Under the pieces are notes generated by a model. It was not told the origin of the DNA. It made no database searches and saw only the letters and a program-made list of their open reading frames with translations. Both the position numbers and the translations under genes were made by a program. A stretch of DNA of 64,000 nt, taken from contig CAVNZM010000013.1 of assembly GCA_963693365.1 (NCBI GenBank), positions 2,443,817-2,507,816 on the forward strand. The letters are read 5' to 3'. Each line of letters begins with the position of its first letter. The stretch's first letter is position 1. Of this stretch, positions 26,571 to 45,423 are shown in pieces. The DNA is from Amoebidium appalachense. Taxonomy: Eukaryota > Protista > Ichthyosporea.

Positions 26571-27302
26571 TTAGCTATAAATAGTAACAAGCGGTATGGC
26601 ACAGCCTTTTTTAGATCCTGGAGAAAGCTGGAGCACGCCGTTCCATACTTGTATGGACATGATATGTCTCCTATATATGAAAACTAACATACTATGAGAC
26701 GGAAAGGAAGAATACACGAAAACTCGCTTCTCTATGGCCAAGACAGTGGCCGGTCGTATAGAATCGCCCTTGTTTTCCACCTGATTGTGTAAATGCGAAT
26801 TCATTTTTGGCTGCGTGTGTCGTGCCATCGTGCCGATGGCCATTACACCTGAGTGCATTGCTCTCCATCACACATGGCAAGTTGTCGCCATCACCCATCA
26901 CCATAGATTGGTCCGAAACCCTTAATAAGTCATAAAGGACACTTCTGCGGCACTGAGGCGCTCCCCTCCTCTTCCCTCCCTCTCCCTTCCCGCTTCCCCC
27001 CCCCCCTCCCCCCTCCCCCCCCCCCCCCTCCCCCCCCCCCCCCCCCCCTCCCCCCCCCCCCCTCCCCCTAGCGCATCCCCCACACCTGTAGCTACACGGG
27101 CCCTCCCCACCACACACACACATACGCACGGGAAAGGGTCAGTGGGTTCTTTTTCGGACCTCTCCCTATCTCCAGCTCGAGTGCACCCCCCAGTACATGT
27201 GCATGCACGCAGCACACACTCAGAGCGTGGCTAGAACACGGCCATCACATACTTTTAGCATGCCCCTCCCCCCCCCCCCCTCCCCCCCCCCCCCCCCCCC
27301 GG

Positions 27303-27363
<61 letters not shown>

Positions 27364-28196
27364 ACCGCGACAGACACACAACCTCTGGGGCGCACAACAC
27401 ATGCACGCACACACTGTAACCGCACGCACACTCACACATACACATGCGACTATGCACATATATGGCACGTGGGGGAAGGGGGGGGACAGGGACCCTGGAA
27501 GGGGGGGGGGGGGGAGGGGGGGAGGGGGGAAGGGAGGGGGGAGGGGGAGGGGGGGGGGGAGAGGGGGAGAGAGAGAGCATTCCCCATACTTGGTTTGATA
27601 TGTCTGAAGTTAGTGCGGAGGTCCAAATGGTGGGCAGTGGATGCTAAAAATGCACACAGAGCCTGCTTTTTATTCATCGAGTTTGAAAGGGCCGCCTTTC
27701 AAGTCAAAAAGCTCCCCTCAAAAGCAAATTCATTAAGCTACTAGTGCCAATATAGAATCTCAATTTTACCAAAAAAGCAAATGAACCCGAAAAAAAAAGC
27801 TGAACACTCGAATCTGTTCAATCAACTCACGTGTGCACTCAGCGAGCTAGTAGAAATAATCAAGCGGTAGTAGGGTGTAAAGAGAATCACACTGCAAAAA
27901 AATTTCATCATAATCAGATTTTCTAGAAAGAAAAATGGGCGAAATAATTTTTTTCATCATTATATCTAGAAGACAGCAGAGATATCCATAGATTACGAAA
28001 CAGAGACATCGCATCAAATAAAACCGCGGCAGCTTCCGAGACTAGCCCTTTCGATGGGAATGTCTGAACTTGCAGACGATAAATAGACGAACCCTTTTCG
28101 TTCAAATTAATTATTGTAGACTGAATTTATAATTTCCAATATGAAAATGATGTGATAGCATCATGGCATAGTATATCTATCTGGTAGACGAGGTGC

Positions 28197-33185
<4,989 letters not shown>

Positions 33186-33443
33186 AGCTACGAAATTACA
33201 GTACGTAGATGTGTATAATGGAATGAAAACATTCGAAAGAACAAATCGTTTCTATATATGATCCTACTGTGGTACAACGAAAACAAATGTCCCCAGTTTT
33301 GTTTTCGCACATGGACACTTGATTTTGGACACTTTGTGGGTGGGTGATGCATGCACAAAGTGCGCGTTTTGTGAGCATTTCTGTGCTTTTATCATTTCCT
33401 GGTCCGGGTGAGTGAGCCCCCCACAGGGCAAACTGCAAGAATG

Positions 33444-33520
33444 CTGATTGGTTTAGAATTTTTTTTTTTTTTATTGGCCGGTACCCGCCTTCCGATTCCC
33501 GAAGTTTCAAGGCTCCGCCC
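33444..33520 (-). promoter_or_regulatory. Putative promoter of the GH135 gene
   Basis: GC box (GGGCGG) and two CCAAT boxes on the minus strand, 260-330 bp upstream of the ATG. Confidence 0.4.
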
Positions 33521-34316
33521 ACGCATTTTGTGTCGAAAGAAAACACCCTTCCATCAAACACCTGTTCAAACGGCGGCTGTGTGTGGCCATAGTATGAAAC
33601 TGGCCGCGAACAGCTGACCTTCGAAGTTGTACATCATACATCGCTACGGAACCAACAAAGGTACGCGGACATTCAGCAATTGTTCAGTGACAGGCTATAT
33701 ATTGGGACCTATGCCCATTGTAAATCGCTTGTAAATGTACCTACTTTTGTAGTCGTTTCTAAATTTGTAGCTTTTTTTTATTATATATGTATGGTTCGTT
33801 GGAGAGGTGGGCACGCCCACGCTGCCCTACATGCACACTGTACATGTACATGTGTACGTACGAAGCCGCGGGCCCTGGCCGGAGAATACACGTGATCCGC
33901 CGCCACCAGGTGATATACACATGTGCCTACAGTGTCTTTCCCGTGAGAATAATGGGTGGGCGGCTGTATCATACTCGGCAAGGAATAAATAGGACACGGT
34001 TGCCGACTGTCATGGGTTCCGACACACCCAGATGGCCGCACCATGGTCCAGATCTACGAACAGATCTGAGGGCAGCATGTGATTGGTAGAACGGTTTGAT
34101 TGGTCGGCTGGATCTGCCAGAGTTCACCAATCGCAGTCGACGGGCACCCGCCGCCACTTGGCAAAAGCATATGAAGGTACAAGGGAACGAATACATGTAC
34201 AGCCACCGTCGGAGTCCTGTATATGTATTGTAGGCGACTATTGCAAAAGTAACATCATTATTTATGACTAACTTTGGAGCACAATTCTTCCCCATGCATT
34301 GTCGCTCGTATAATAA

Positions 34317-34435
34317 ATTGACACAGGCAGCAGTATACTATTTAATACAATGATGCCTCAGCATATTGACACAGGCAGTATACTATTTCGTACAATGGTG
34401 CCTCAGCATATGAGTGCCACCCAGAGTGCCACCCA
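34317..34435. repeat. Short tandem duplications
   Basis: ~46-bp unit ATTGACACAGGCAG..GCCTCAGCAT x2, followed by GAGTGCCACCCA x2. Confidence 0.85.
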
Positions 34436-35993
34436 GCTGCAGGAATTGAAGGGATCGATATCTCGGAGGAACCGACCCATCATGGGCAGATGTGTCCGTG
34501 TTTTCCTGCTGATTTACACTGGTATGTATGCGACTGAGCGTGGGTAGCAGCCTAGGACTGTATCGCATGTTGGCCTTGGCGATGGTCGGCCGCCTTGCCT
34601 TGGCACCCAGTAAAGTCTGGGCACGCGGCGCAGGCGCCGGCTTGGCGAATTACTGTGGTACACGTATGTGCTACTATGTATTAGTCACGCGTTATTATTA
34701 GGTGTAGGCCGCAGAAACACAACCGAAGTTCCGGCTGTGCCAGGGCGCACATGTGCATGTACGGGACTGTTCACTCAGCCCCAGCCCAGGCTAGTGGGCC
34801 GGATGTGCACTGGCTAAGCCGTGCGCACACGTGAATCCAAACTGTACAGTGGACTCGACCGGCACCCTAGGATCGAGCTCGATTGTCTAGGTCCAGCCCA
34901 CGGCCATCTATAAACACCTGGCCGTGGTCCAGCCAGAGTTAATTAACGTTTAACGTTCAGCCTACACTCGAGTTTGAACTCTTGGCAGTGCGCAGCAGAT
35001 ACAATTATAGTCAGTCAACCAACTATATTAGACCTACAAAAATTTCTACTCCTTTCCTATGCACCCCTACTGAGTGCTACGCACGTAGACCTTACAAGCA
35101 GTAAGCAGTGTTGAAAAGGGCGGCAGATTGCCAAATCTGTGTCAACAGCCAATCGGAACAGCGAAAGAATCATATTGGTCAACCTCTCAGCGCCATGGAT
35201 CTTTGATTTCATTGGCTTCCTCAAACTGGCAGCTGGCCGCCGGGAGATCCGGCGCCAGACACTCACGCATTACTAGTACTCCCTGTTACTTCCAATATGG
35301 AATGGTCCTTATTATGCATTGTGGAGATGAGCTCCAGTGGGTGCCGCAGGAAACAGTGTCGTGCCCGTACGTCACAGACCTAAAGCACAAAGGTGTAAAA
35401 ACACGTGCACATATAATCCGGATCCCGGCACCACGTGCGCACTTGTACATCAGAGCCTCTCCGTGCGCAGCATCCACACACGCACACGTACGGTGACAAA
35501 ACGCCACATGTGCATACCGTGTGACACGCACACACAAATACATCACACGCTTCTCTTCCCGGATTGTTTAATAGTGGTGCCCGCGCCAAGTGTTTGAACA
35601 TATTTTGCTATTATGCAGAGGGTCAGAGTCTGTTTAGAAACTTCTTATTGAGAATTTAATACAATCACGAGTAATACCGTGTGCACCGCCACACTGGTAA
35701 CGCCACGGCTATTCTAATTAGCTTCCATGTTAATAGACTTACCAGTCGGACGGAATCTTGATTACACTTGAGCAGTTTTACTAAATCTACATAACTTGAT
35801 GGGTGCCCTGCTTTCGCATTTCCTTTTCCTTCATGCTGCATCGGTTGTCTTCTTTTCTGGAAAAAGAAGGCTCCCGATGAACCTTTTTCTCTTTTTCGTT
35901 CTTATTGATTTTCATTTTTTTTGGTGGGGGTGGTAGTGTGGGTGCGTGCGTGCGTGCGTGCGTGCGTGCATGTGTGCATGTATTTGTGTTGCT

Positions 35994-36033
<40 letters not shown>

Positions 36034-36231
36034 ATTTATATGCGGAATGTACCAACCTACGCACCTCTGAAGAGGGCAATTCTGGACAAGACGTTGAAAC
36101 TTTCTAGATACCGGCACTAAGTCAAGTTTCCCTTCGCCAACTGGAACATGTCTTAATTCGAAGGGTTAGGGAGGATCAGGTGGGGTGGGTATTACGAGGG
36201 GACAGTTCGCATGCGGGGGTGCTCAGCCTGG

Positions 36232-36607
<376 letters not shown>

Positions 36608-37581
36608 GGGGGGGGGGGAAGGGGGGTGGGGGGAGGAGGGAAGGAAGGGGGAGGGGGAGGGAGGACGAGGGGGAGCTGCCAAAGTAGGTCAATGATGTAT
36701 GGGACGATCTGATACTCCGTTTTAGGTACAATAAGAGTTTATTGAAAATGCGGGTGCAAGTTCATTGTTTAAGTATCACGCCCACACTATAGGCCCCACA
36801 GCCACCGCTATCACCAAGTCACAAATAGCGAGGCTGGGGCAGAAACCACTGGGCGAAGTGTATATTTGTAAAGGTGAGTTAGCCTGGCTAATTGCACCAT
36901 TAGCACCCTTGATATGGTAAGGATATGGTACGGCCGATGTTTAATGCCCAGAGGGTAGTTTCTACGAGAGACCCCTAAGAAGCCGCTCCGGGGACAAAAC
37001 GAGATAAAATAAAGATCAAAAATAAAAAAATCGCTATCACCACCACCTCCATTTCCTTTTAGTAATCTTGCCTCCCCCCCCCCCCCCCCCCCCCCCCACA
37101 CGCACACACACACACACACACACCAACACACAATAAGAAACGGTGGAAGGAAAAAAAAGGGGGGGGGGGGGGGGGGGGGGGAGATAGGAAAGTATTAATA
37201 TTGTTATGATACCTGGGAATAGAACTGTGGTCAATCAAGCTACTCACCTAATGCTCTAAAGATTGTTTTTGTTTTGCTTTTACCGTTTTATTACCGGCTT
37301 ATTCAATACCATCGTCTTTTGGGCAGCTATTCACAGAGCCCCCGGGGAAGTTCTTTTGGAGTTTTCGGGGCTGTGTTGAAGGTGAACGGTGTGGTGTGGC
37401 AGGAGGAGATGGGGCTTCTTTTCTTCTTTTTTCCCCCTTTTTTTTAAGGGGGGCAGGAGGGAGGGGGGTTTTGTGGGGGGGGGGGGGGGGGGGATGGGTG
37501 GACTTAGAGGGGAGTGGTTGAAGGTTGGGGATGGAATAAGGAAAGGGGGAGAAGGGGAGGAAGGAAGGAAGGGTGGTTGGT

Positions 37582-37616
<35 letters not shown>

Positions 37617-37617
<1 letters not shown>

Positions 37618-37910
37618 CCGGTCCGGAAATAGATGATTGATAGAAAATCGGAAGATCATCTAGTTCTCGTTTGCGAGGTAGGCGTATTTCATTAGCAGAA
37701 AAATGCGATTTGGTAAACATTAGAATGTGATTGAGTCCAGATACTTCTCTTGTTGCCATGATAATTTTTTATTTATTTTTTTATTTTTTATTTTTTTTTT
37801 TGGGGGGGGGGGGGGAGGGGGGGGGGGGGGGGGAGGGGGGGGGGGGGGGGGGGGGGCACGGGGGGAGAGGATGCCGGAAAAGGAGGCAGCCGATTGGGGT
37901 ATGTTTTTGC

Positions 37911-37960
<50 letters not shown>

Positions 37961-38114
37961 TCCGGTCCGGAAATAGATGATTGATAGAAAATCGGAAGAT
38001 CATCTAGTTCTCGTTTGCGAGGTAGGCGTATTTCATTAGCAGAAAAATGCGATTTGGGAAACATTAGAATGTGATTGAGTCCAGATACTTCTCTTGTTGC
38101 CATGATAATTTTTT

Positions 38115-38170
<56 letters not shown>

Positions 38171-38260
38171 GAGGGGGGGGGGAGGGGGGGGGGGGGGGGG
38201 GGGGGGCACGGGGGGAGAGGATTCCGGAAAAGGAGGCAGCCGATTGGGGTATGTTTTTGC

Positions 38261-38309
<49 letters not shown>

Positions 38310-38492
38310 GGGGGGGGGATCCGGTCCGGAAATAGATGATTGATAGAAAATCGGAAGATCATCTAGTTCTCGTTTGCGAGGTAGGCGTATTTCATTAGCA
38401 GAAAAATGCGATTTGGTAAACATTAGAATGTGATTGAGTCCAGATACTTCTCTTGTTGCCATGATAATTTTTTATTTATTTTTTTATTTTTT

Positions 38493-38569
<77 letters not shown>

Positions 38570-38653
38570 GGGGGGGGGGGGGGGGGGGGCACGGGGGGAG
38601 AGGATGCCGGAAAAGGAGGCAGCCGATTGGGGTATGTTTTTGCGTGTGTGTGT

Positions 38654-38688
<35 letters not shown>

Positions 38689-38842
38689 TCCGGTCCGGAA
38701 ATAGATGATTGATAGAAAATCGGAAGATCATCTAGTTCTCGTTTGCGAGGTAGGCGTATTTCATTAGCAGAAAAATGCGATTTGGTAAACATTAGAATGT
38801 GATTGAGTCCAGATACTTCTCTTGTTGCCATGATACTTTTTT

Positions 38843-38898
<56 letters not shown>

Positions 38899-39208
38899 GG
38901 GGGGAGGGGGGGGGGGGGGGGGGCACGGGGGGAGAGGATGCCGGAAAAGGAGGCAGCCGATTGGGGTATGTTTTTGCGTGTGTGTGTGTGGGGGGGGGGG
39001 GGGGGGGGGGGGGAGGGGGGATCCGGTCCGGAAATAGATGATTGATAGAAAATCGGAAGATCATCTAGTTCTCGTTTGCGAGGTAGGCGTATTTCATTAG
39101 CAGAAAAATGCGATTTGGTAAACATTAGAATGTGATTGAGTCCAGATACTTCTCTTGTTGCCATGATAATTTTTTATTTATTTTTTTATTTTTTATTTTT
39201 ATTTTTTT

Positions 39209-39261
<53 letters not shown>

Positions 39262-39312
39262 GGGGGGAGAGGATGCCGGAAAAGGAGGCAGCCGATTGGG
39301 GTATGTTTTTGC

Positions 39313-39330
<18 letters not shown>
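37617..39330. repeat. Tandem array, 5 units of ~335-370 bp
   Basis: Units start at ~37618, 37962, 38321, 38690 and 39023. Each has a ~145-bp near-identical block, T-rich run, poly-G, a ~65-bp block and poly-G; length differences lie in the simple tracts. Confidence 0.95.
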
Positions 39331-39343
<13 letters not shown>

Positions 39344-40177
39344 GGGGGGAGGGAGGGGGGGAGTTGTGTGTGGGTCCGTCTGTGTTCTGTTGAGTGTGTG
39401 TGTGTGTTTTGCGTTTGTGTGTGGTGGAAATGGGGGAGGGAGGGGGTGGGAGAGGGAAGAAGGGAAAGAGAGGGGGGGGGGGGGGGGGAGAAGGGAAGAT
39501 GGAGGGGCGGGTGGGGGAGAGGGGGGGGATGACTATAATTGTGATTGGCGAGACAGTAACTGCGGACGGTTTTTTCTTTGTTTATAAGTGTTTTATTGGA
39601 GCCCATTCACTGGCTGAATTGAATAAATTTTTTTTTCAATGATATCCATAAATAGTTGTTAAAGTCACATGGGAACGATTGTACACGTTTTCCAGGCATC
39701 TTTTTCCAAAAATGGACATTGTCAAATCTTAATCACTCGATGTACATGAAATCGGCATACTATGGCGGTTACCCGTCGCACGCTACGAGATTATATCAAA
39801 AATACTGATTTATCTATACTTTTACACCAAAATACTGAGATTTCTATGCAATCTACATTACAGCTTTGGTAATTTACAAATATAGGCAACGGTACCGACA
39901 TTTCTACAAATTTACACCAAACTTTACCATGATATCTATGAAATGACCCAATTATTACAACTTTGGCATACCTACAAATTTACGCAAGTTTCCTACGCAT
40001 TTACGAATTCACACACCAAATTACGAATTTATCTACAAGTTTCACGGTCTTGCGGTAGGGTGGGCAGAAGCCTCCAAGCATTACACTAATTACCAAGAGA
40101 TAGGTTGGACAAATTCCAAAATGAAACCTCAACATGTACATCCAAGAAATTTACATCGGGCATCTATACAAAAACCG

Positions 40178-40260
<83 letters not shown>

Positions 40261-40410
40261 CGGTGTGTGTGTGTGCCGGTGTGTGTGTCTGTTTGTGTGT
40301 GTGCATGTGTGTGTGTGTGTGTGTATGTGTGTATGTGTGTTTGTGTGTGTGTGTGTGTGTGTTTGTGTGTATGTGTGTGTGCGCATGCGTGCTTGCGTGC
40401 GTGCGTGAGT

Positions 40411-40457
<47 letters not shown>

Positions 40458-40533
40458 TGGGGGGGAGGGGGAGGGGTGAGTAGGGGGAATCATTTGCTGT
40501 TCTTGAATGTCGGTGATTGGTCCAGTTAAAATA

Positions 40534-41511
40534 TCAAATCCTCGAAGCGAGGTCAGCGAAATACGAGGGGAGCACAACCCAGGGGTCATTCGGCAAAGCC
40601 CTGTCCGTGGCCAGGTAATACGATAGGCGGTTGGTGAGCGCAATCTGCACCCCCTGGGCTGCCTGCCACTGGCTCATGCTGTTTGATTGGTTAAAAGTCA
40701 CATCAGTCATGTTTGCAAAGGTGTGCAGCGGTTTGTCTTTTGGTTATTTTCTTTTAGAAAACTCGGGGGAAGGGGGGGGGGGAGGAGAGGAGGTAGGGGA
40801 AGGGGGGGAGGGAGGGGGAGGGGATTGAGGTGCGTGTGGGTTGGAGGGTCTGGTGCCAATAGAGTAGTAGCGTGGAGGTGGGGAGAGGGGGGGAAGAGTT
40901 GGAGGGGGGGGGGGGGGGGTGTACATGTGTGTGTGGCTGTGGGGGTATGTTCCATGCTCCGTAAAGGACCAAGGGGGCCCCGCGCAGGGGAGGGGAGGGG
41001 GGGGGGATGTGGGGGAGGAGGGAGGAGGGGGGGGGGGGGGGGAAGGAAGGGGAGAGGGAGGGTGGGGGTGATCACGCACCCGTGAACCAAAGCTCCCCCC
41101 TTGACCCTTCCACTCATAATTAGATCTGAGAGCTCAGAGATCACATCGACCCCCTTTGGGAATTGGCAGAAGGGACCCGGCCCATAGCTTCCCCGCCAAT
41201 CAGAATAGCAGCCACCTGAACGGGGCAATTCTATTGGTTAGTTATCAGGTGCACCAATAGGATATTAATGCTTGCTCATGGTATATATAGCCCTGACGAA
41301 TGGTGAATACAAATTTATGAAGAGGGAAGTGACAAGGGAATCGGGTTTGAGATCGTTATATCTTCTCTTCTTCCTTTTCTATTTTCCGGGAGGAGGAGGG
41401 AGGTGGGGAGGGGAGGGGAGGGGGGAGAGGGGGACGAGGAAGGGGAAGAGGGGGGATGGGGGAGGGTGGGAGGGGGAGGAAAGGAGATGGAAATGGGCAA
41501 GTGTGCTTCTA

Positions 41512-41568
<57 letters not shown>

Positions 41569-41697
41569 AAGGGGTTTGAGGAGAAGGGGGGGGGGGGATT
41601 TGGTGAGAAAAGGGGAATCGAAGGGAGGGGAACAATTCGAGAAAGAAAGCGGGTCAGTGTGCACCTATACCGTCATTGAAGGGATTGGGGATGGGCG

Positions 41698-41730
<33 letters not shown>

Positions 41731-41987
41731 GGGAGGGAGGACGCGAGGGGGGGGGGGGGGGGGAAGGGGAGGATATAGAGGAAATAGAAGGGTTAATGGT
41801 TTTGTTTTTATATGAAGGGGGTCAGGGGGAGGGGGGAGGGGGGAGGAGGATGAAGAGATCAGAGACAGGCGGTGGTTGGGGGGTGGGTGTATGTGTGTGT
41901 GGGGCTGGATGGGGATGGGGTCGGCAGGGAGCCGGGGGCGGGGAAGGAGGGGGGGGGAGGGGGGGAAAGGGGGGGGGGAGGGCTGGA

Positions 41988-42034
<47 letters not shown>

Positions 42035-43334
42035 CCATTTGTTGACGCTATCTTCCAACACAATGACGGAGTCTGCAGGGATTGGGAGGGAGGCACTAGG
42101 GCGCAGAAGGTCGGGGAAGGTCGGGCCGGCACTATTGAGTATGACCTCGAGACTGGGGAAGCGTGACTTGACGTAGTTGATTGCCTAATTTGGAAGGTGG
42201 GGGAGAGGGAGGGAGAAGGAGGTGGTGGTGGTGGGGGAGGGGGAGGGGAGAGGGTTGGAGGGGAATAGGAGGGGGATGGGAGGGGGGAGGGGGGCGGAGG
42301 GGAATAGGAGGGGGGAAGGGAGGGGGGAGGGGGGCGGAGGGGAATAGGAGGGGGAAGGGAGGGGGGGAGGGGGGCGGAGGGGAATAGGAGGGGGAAGGGA
42401 GGGGGGGGGAGAGGGGGGGCCGGGGGAGGGGGGGGGGGGGAGGGGGGGAAGGGTAAGTGGGAGGGAAAGGGGGAAGGAGGGACGAGGGAGGGGCAGAAAT
42501 GGGGATGATATGGGAGGGGGGAGGATGGAGAGGGTTGGGGGGTGTGAATTGGTAGTTGTTGTTTGGGGGGAGGCGGGGGGAGGGGGGGAAAGGGGGAGGG
42601 GGGGAGTTAATGTTAGATTGGGAACATGTTACGACTTAAACGTTACTTATCGTTTGTTTGCTCTGGACTCAGTGATGCGCGGGGGTTTATGGAAAGGGAA
42701 GATATACCGTGTATTGGGGTGTAAAAGGGAGCCGTGATATGTCAGGGTAGATACTATATGGGATTACGAGATCGATTTTCACGGGATTGACGGCACGAAA
42801 ACACACGGGATACTGTCGGGATATAGCTGATTTTCTCGGGCAGAAAATGTGGGCCAATTACTGTAGGGTGGCGGGATTTATGGGGAGGATTATATCTACA
42901 GGGCATTTACCTTCTTTAGGACGGGCTATAATTTTATAGTGGATTGGAAAGAACATACGGATTTATATTGCTGAATATATACTAAAGGCTTTAGGGAATA
43001 TGCGGGATTCACAGTGCGGAATACTATGGCATTCATATTGTGAAATGTAAGATCCGTAGCGAATATACCGGATTTTTATTTCGGAAAAATACGAATTCAA
43101 GGAGGAAGCGACCCACCTGTGTGTACCACCACACGTGGTCTATCCCCCACAGATATCTCGATGACGGGTTGGAGACCTCGTCTATAAATAGCCCATTAAA
43201 GAGAGGCAGGTAGCTCCACTGAAATACCCATTGGTCGATGTCGGCTTTAACCTGTTCCATGGGCCTGATTGGAGAAGTGTCATGAGCGGGATTTGGCCGG
43301 GTACATCTTGTTCTTCATATGGGAGGGACGGCCC

Positions 43335-43379
<45 letters not shown>

Positions 43380-44401
43380 CGCTGCTACCTGAAACCAGTG
43401 TAATGTAAGAGTAGATCCCAGTTGAGGGATCGAAGGAATGTGTCTTCGTGTGCACATAGCCCACAGTGCGTACACCATGCCCGGCAATATATTTAACGCA
43501 GGTCTGTGATTGGTGAATGGGTTTTAAAGTCAGGGAGTGGTGTGGTTTCCGGAAACACAACGGATGGGATGCTAGTCCGGGGTGGAGGGGGGGGGGGAAG
43601 GGTGTGTGTGGGTGTGCGTTTTTTTTTTGTTTTTGTTTTTTTGTGGGGGGGGGGGGGGGGGGGGGGGGGGGGGAATCTGGCCCAGATCAATCAAACTCTC
43701 TGTTTGTCATATCTTTATGATCTGCATCTATGTCGACACGAGGAAAAATCTAGAAACAAATGAGATGCCATGACTGAAAAGATGGAGGAGGAGGGGGGGG
43801 GGGGGGGGGGGGGGGGGGACAGGAGGAGGAAGGAGGGGGAAAGGGGACATCAGAGCGCTTTTGCGCTGGCCACAGCGATTGTGGCAGGTGTTTGGGGGTT
43901 TTGAGGAGGGGGGAAGGGGGAGGGCCGGGGGGCGGGGGGGAGGAATGGGGAGGGGAAGGGGGGGGAGGGGGGGGGGGGGGGGGGCTCTATAAGGCTTACC
44001 GCTACAACGTCCTTGTCGTAGGCGCTGAGACCATAGCCGGGGCCATTGTTGAAATTTAAAATTGCAGTGACCCCCCTGCACCCCCTAGCCACCTGCAGCC
44101 ACACTGTGTGGGTGCATTTTTCGTTGCTGGCCGTGACCCCCCCTTATAGGGGGACTAGGAGGGTGGGTTTGGGGCGGTGCTACGGGTGTCGCAGCATTGG
44201 GTGGTGACTACGCAGGCTTGGATAGAAGCCCCCTGCAGAGGTGAAAATTGGAGATTAATTATTGAAAAAAATGGTGTCGACGAATAGGGAGGGGATATCA
44301 GCAAGCACTGTTGTGGGTATGATAGGGCGGGTGTTGTTTAGTGGTTGGAAAACCCTCTGATAAGCTCCTCTGATCTGTTTGTTTTTGTGTGTGCATGTTC
44401 A

Positions 44402-44444
<43 letters not shown>

Positions 44445-45377
44445 CCACGCACATGTGCTGATGATTGAGGGTTCTGGATTGGAGAGAGGGTTGGTGATGG
44501 TTGGTTGGTTGGTTGGGGGGGGTGGGGGGAGGGGGGGGAGGGGGAGAAGGGAAGGGGGGTGGTGAGAAAAGGAGTAGAATAGGAGGGAGGAGGGGTAGGA
44601 GGGTACTAACCCTGCAACCACTGCCCATGCATGAACGTCTGCGCATCTGCGAACCACAGTCCCCAATGCAGGCACCCCAATTGGCCTAATACCCCGTCTG
44701 CCTTTCTTTCCTTTTATGGCTATTATTTGAGCCCTCTTCGATTTTTGATTGGCCGTCGTTAACGTCGACATAAAACAGGCCAATCACGTCGTCTTGTTTA
44801 TTTCCGCCGTCCAATGGCTGTTGAGATCCATGTGTGGTCGGTGCGATCGGCGCAATCGGTGCGATCGGGCTTACTTGATTGGTTAGGTCTGATTTTGCGC
44901 AAGCAGGCGCGGGTCGTCATCAAAGAGGAGATACGGTTGGTTGGCTGCGTAGGTGTCGGTGGTGGTGGTGTGGGTGAGCTGCGGTCACAGATTATAACCT
45001 GAAGGGGGGGGGGGGGGGGGGGGGGTTGTTTTGTCAGTAACATTTCTCCTTCTCCCCCCTCCCCCCTCCCCCCCTCCCCACACACACATACACAGTTTCG
45101 TTAACATTTTGTACATCTGTGTCTGCCTTAACTACACGTACTCCCCCCCCCCCCCCCCCCCCCCCCTTCCGCCCCAATGACTATTCTTATTTTTATTTTC
45201 TTTAGTACAGTGGTCTGTAGGTGGTTACCGGACATATATGAGTCATTAATTCTCGTGGATTTTTACTCGTACTCGATTGTTGTCGGGGTGCATGAATTAA
45301 ATGGCCGGACGGAGGGGGATGGGGGAGGGGAAAAGTGATGTGACGGAAGGAAGGGAAGGGAAGGGGTTTTTTTTTTT

Positions 45378-45423
<46 letters not shown>

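Noticed and set aside
37336-37677. Protein-kinase glycine loop (GSSFGVFGAVLK)
   Set aside because: No VAIK, HRD or DFG motifs could be found nearby.
37617-39330. CRISPR-like array
   Set aside because: Units are ~350 bp and the variable parts are homopolymer lengths, not unique spacers; no cas genes; eukaryotic context.
44144-44688. Stop-codon reassignment explaining TAA/TAG in the GH135 paralog
   Set aside because: The stops replace different residues (Tyr, Trp), frameshifts co-occur, and intact genes here end in TAA, TAG and TGA.
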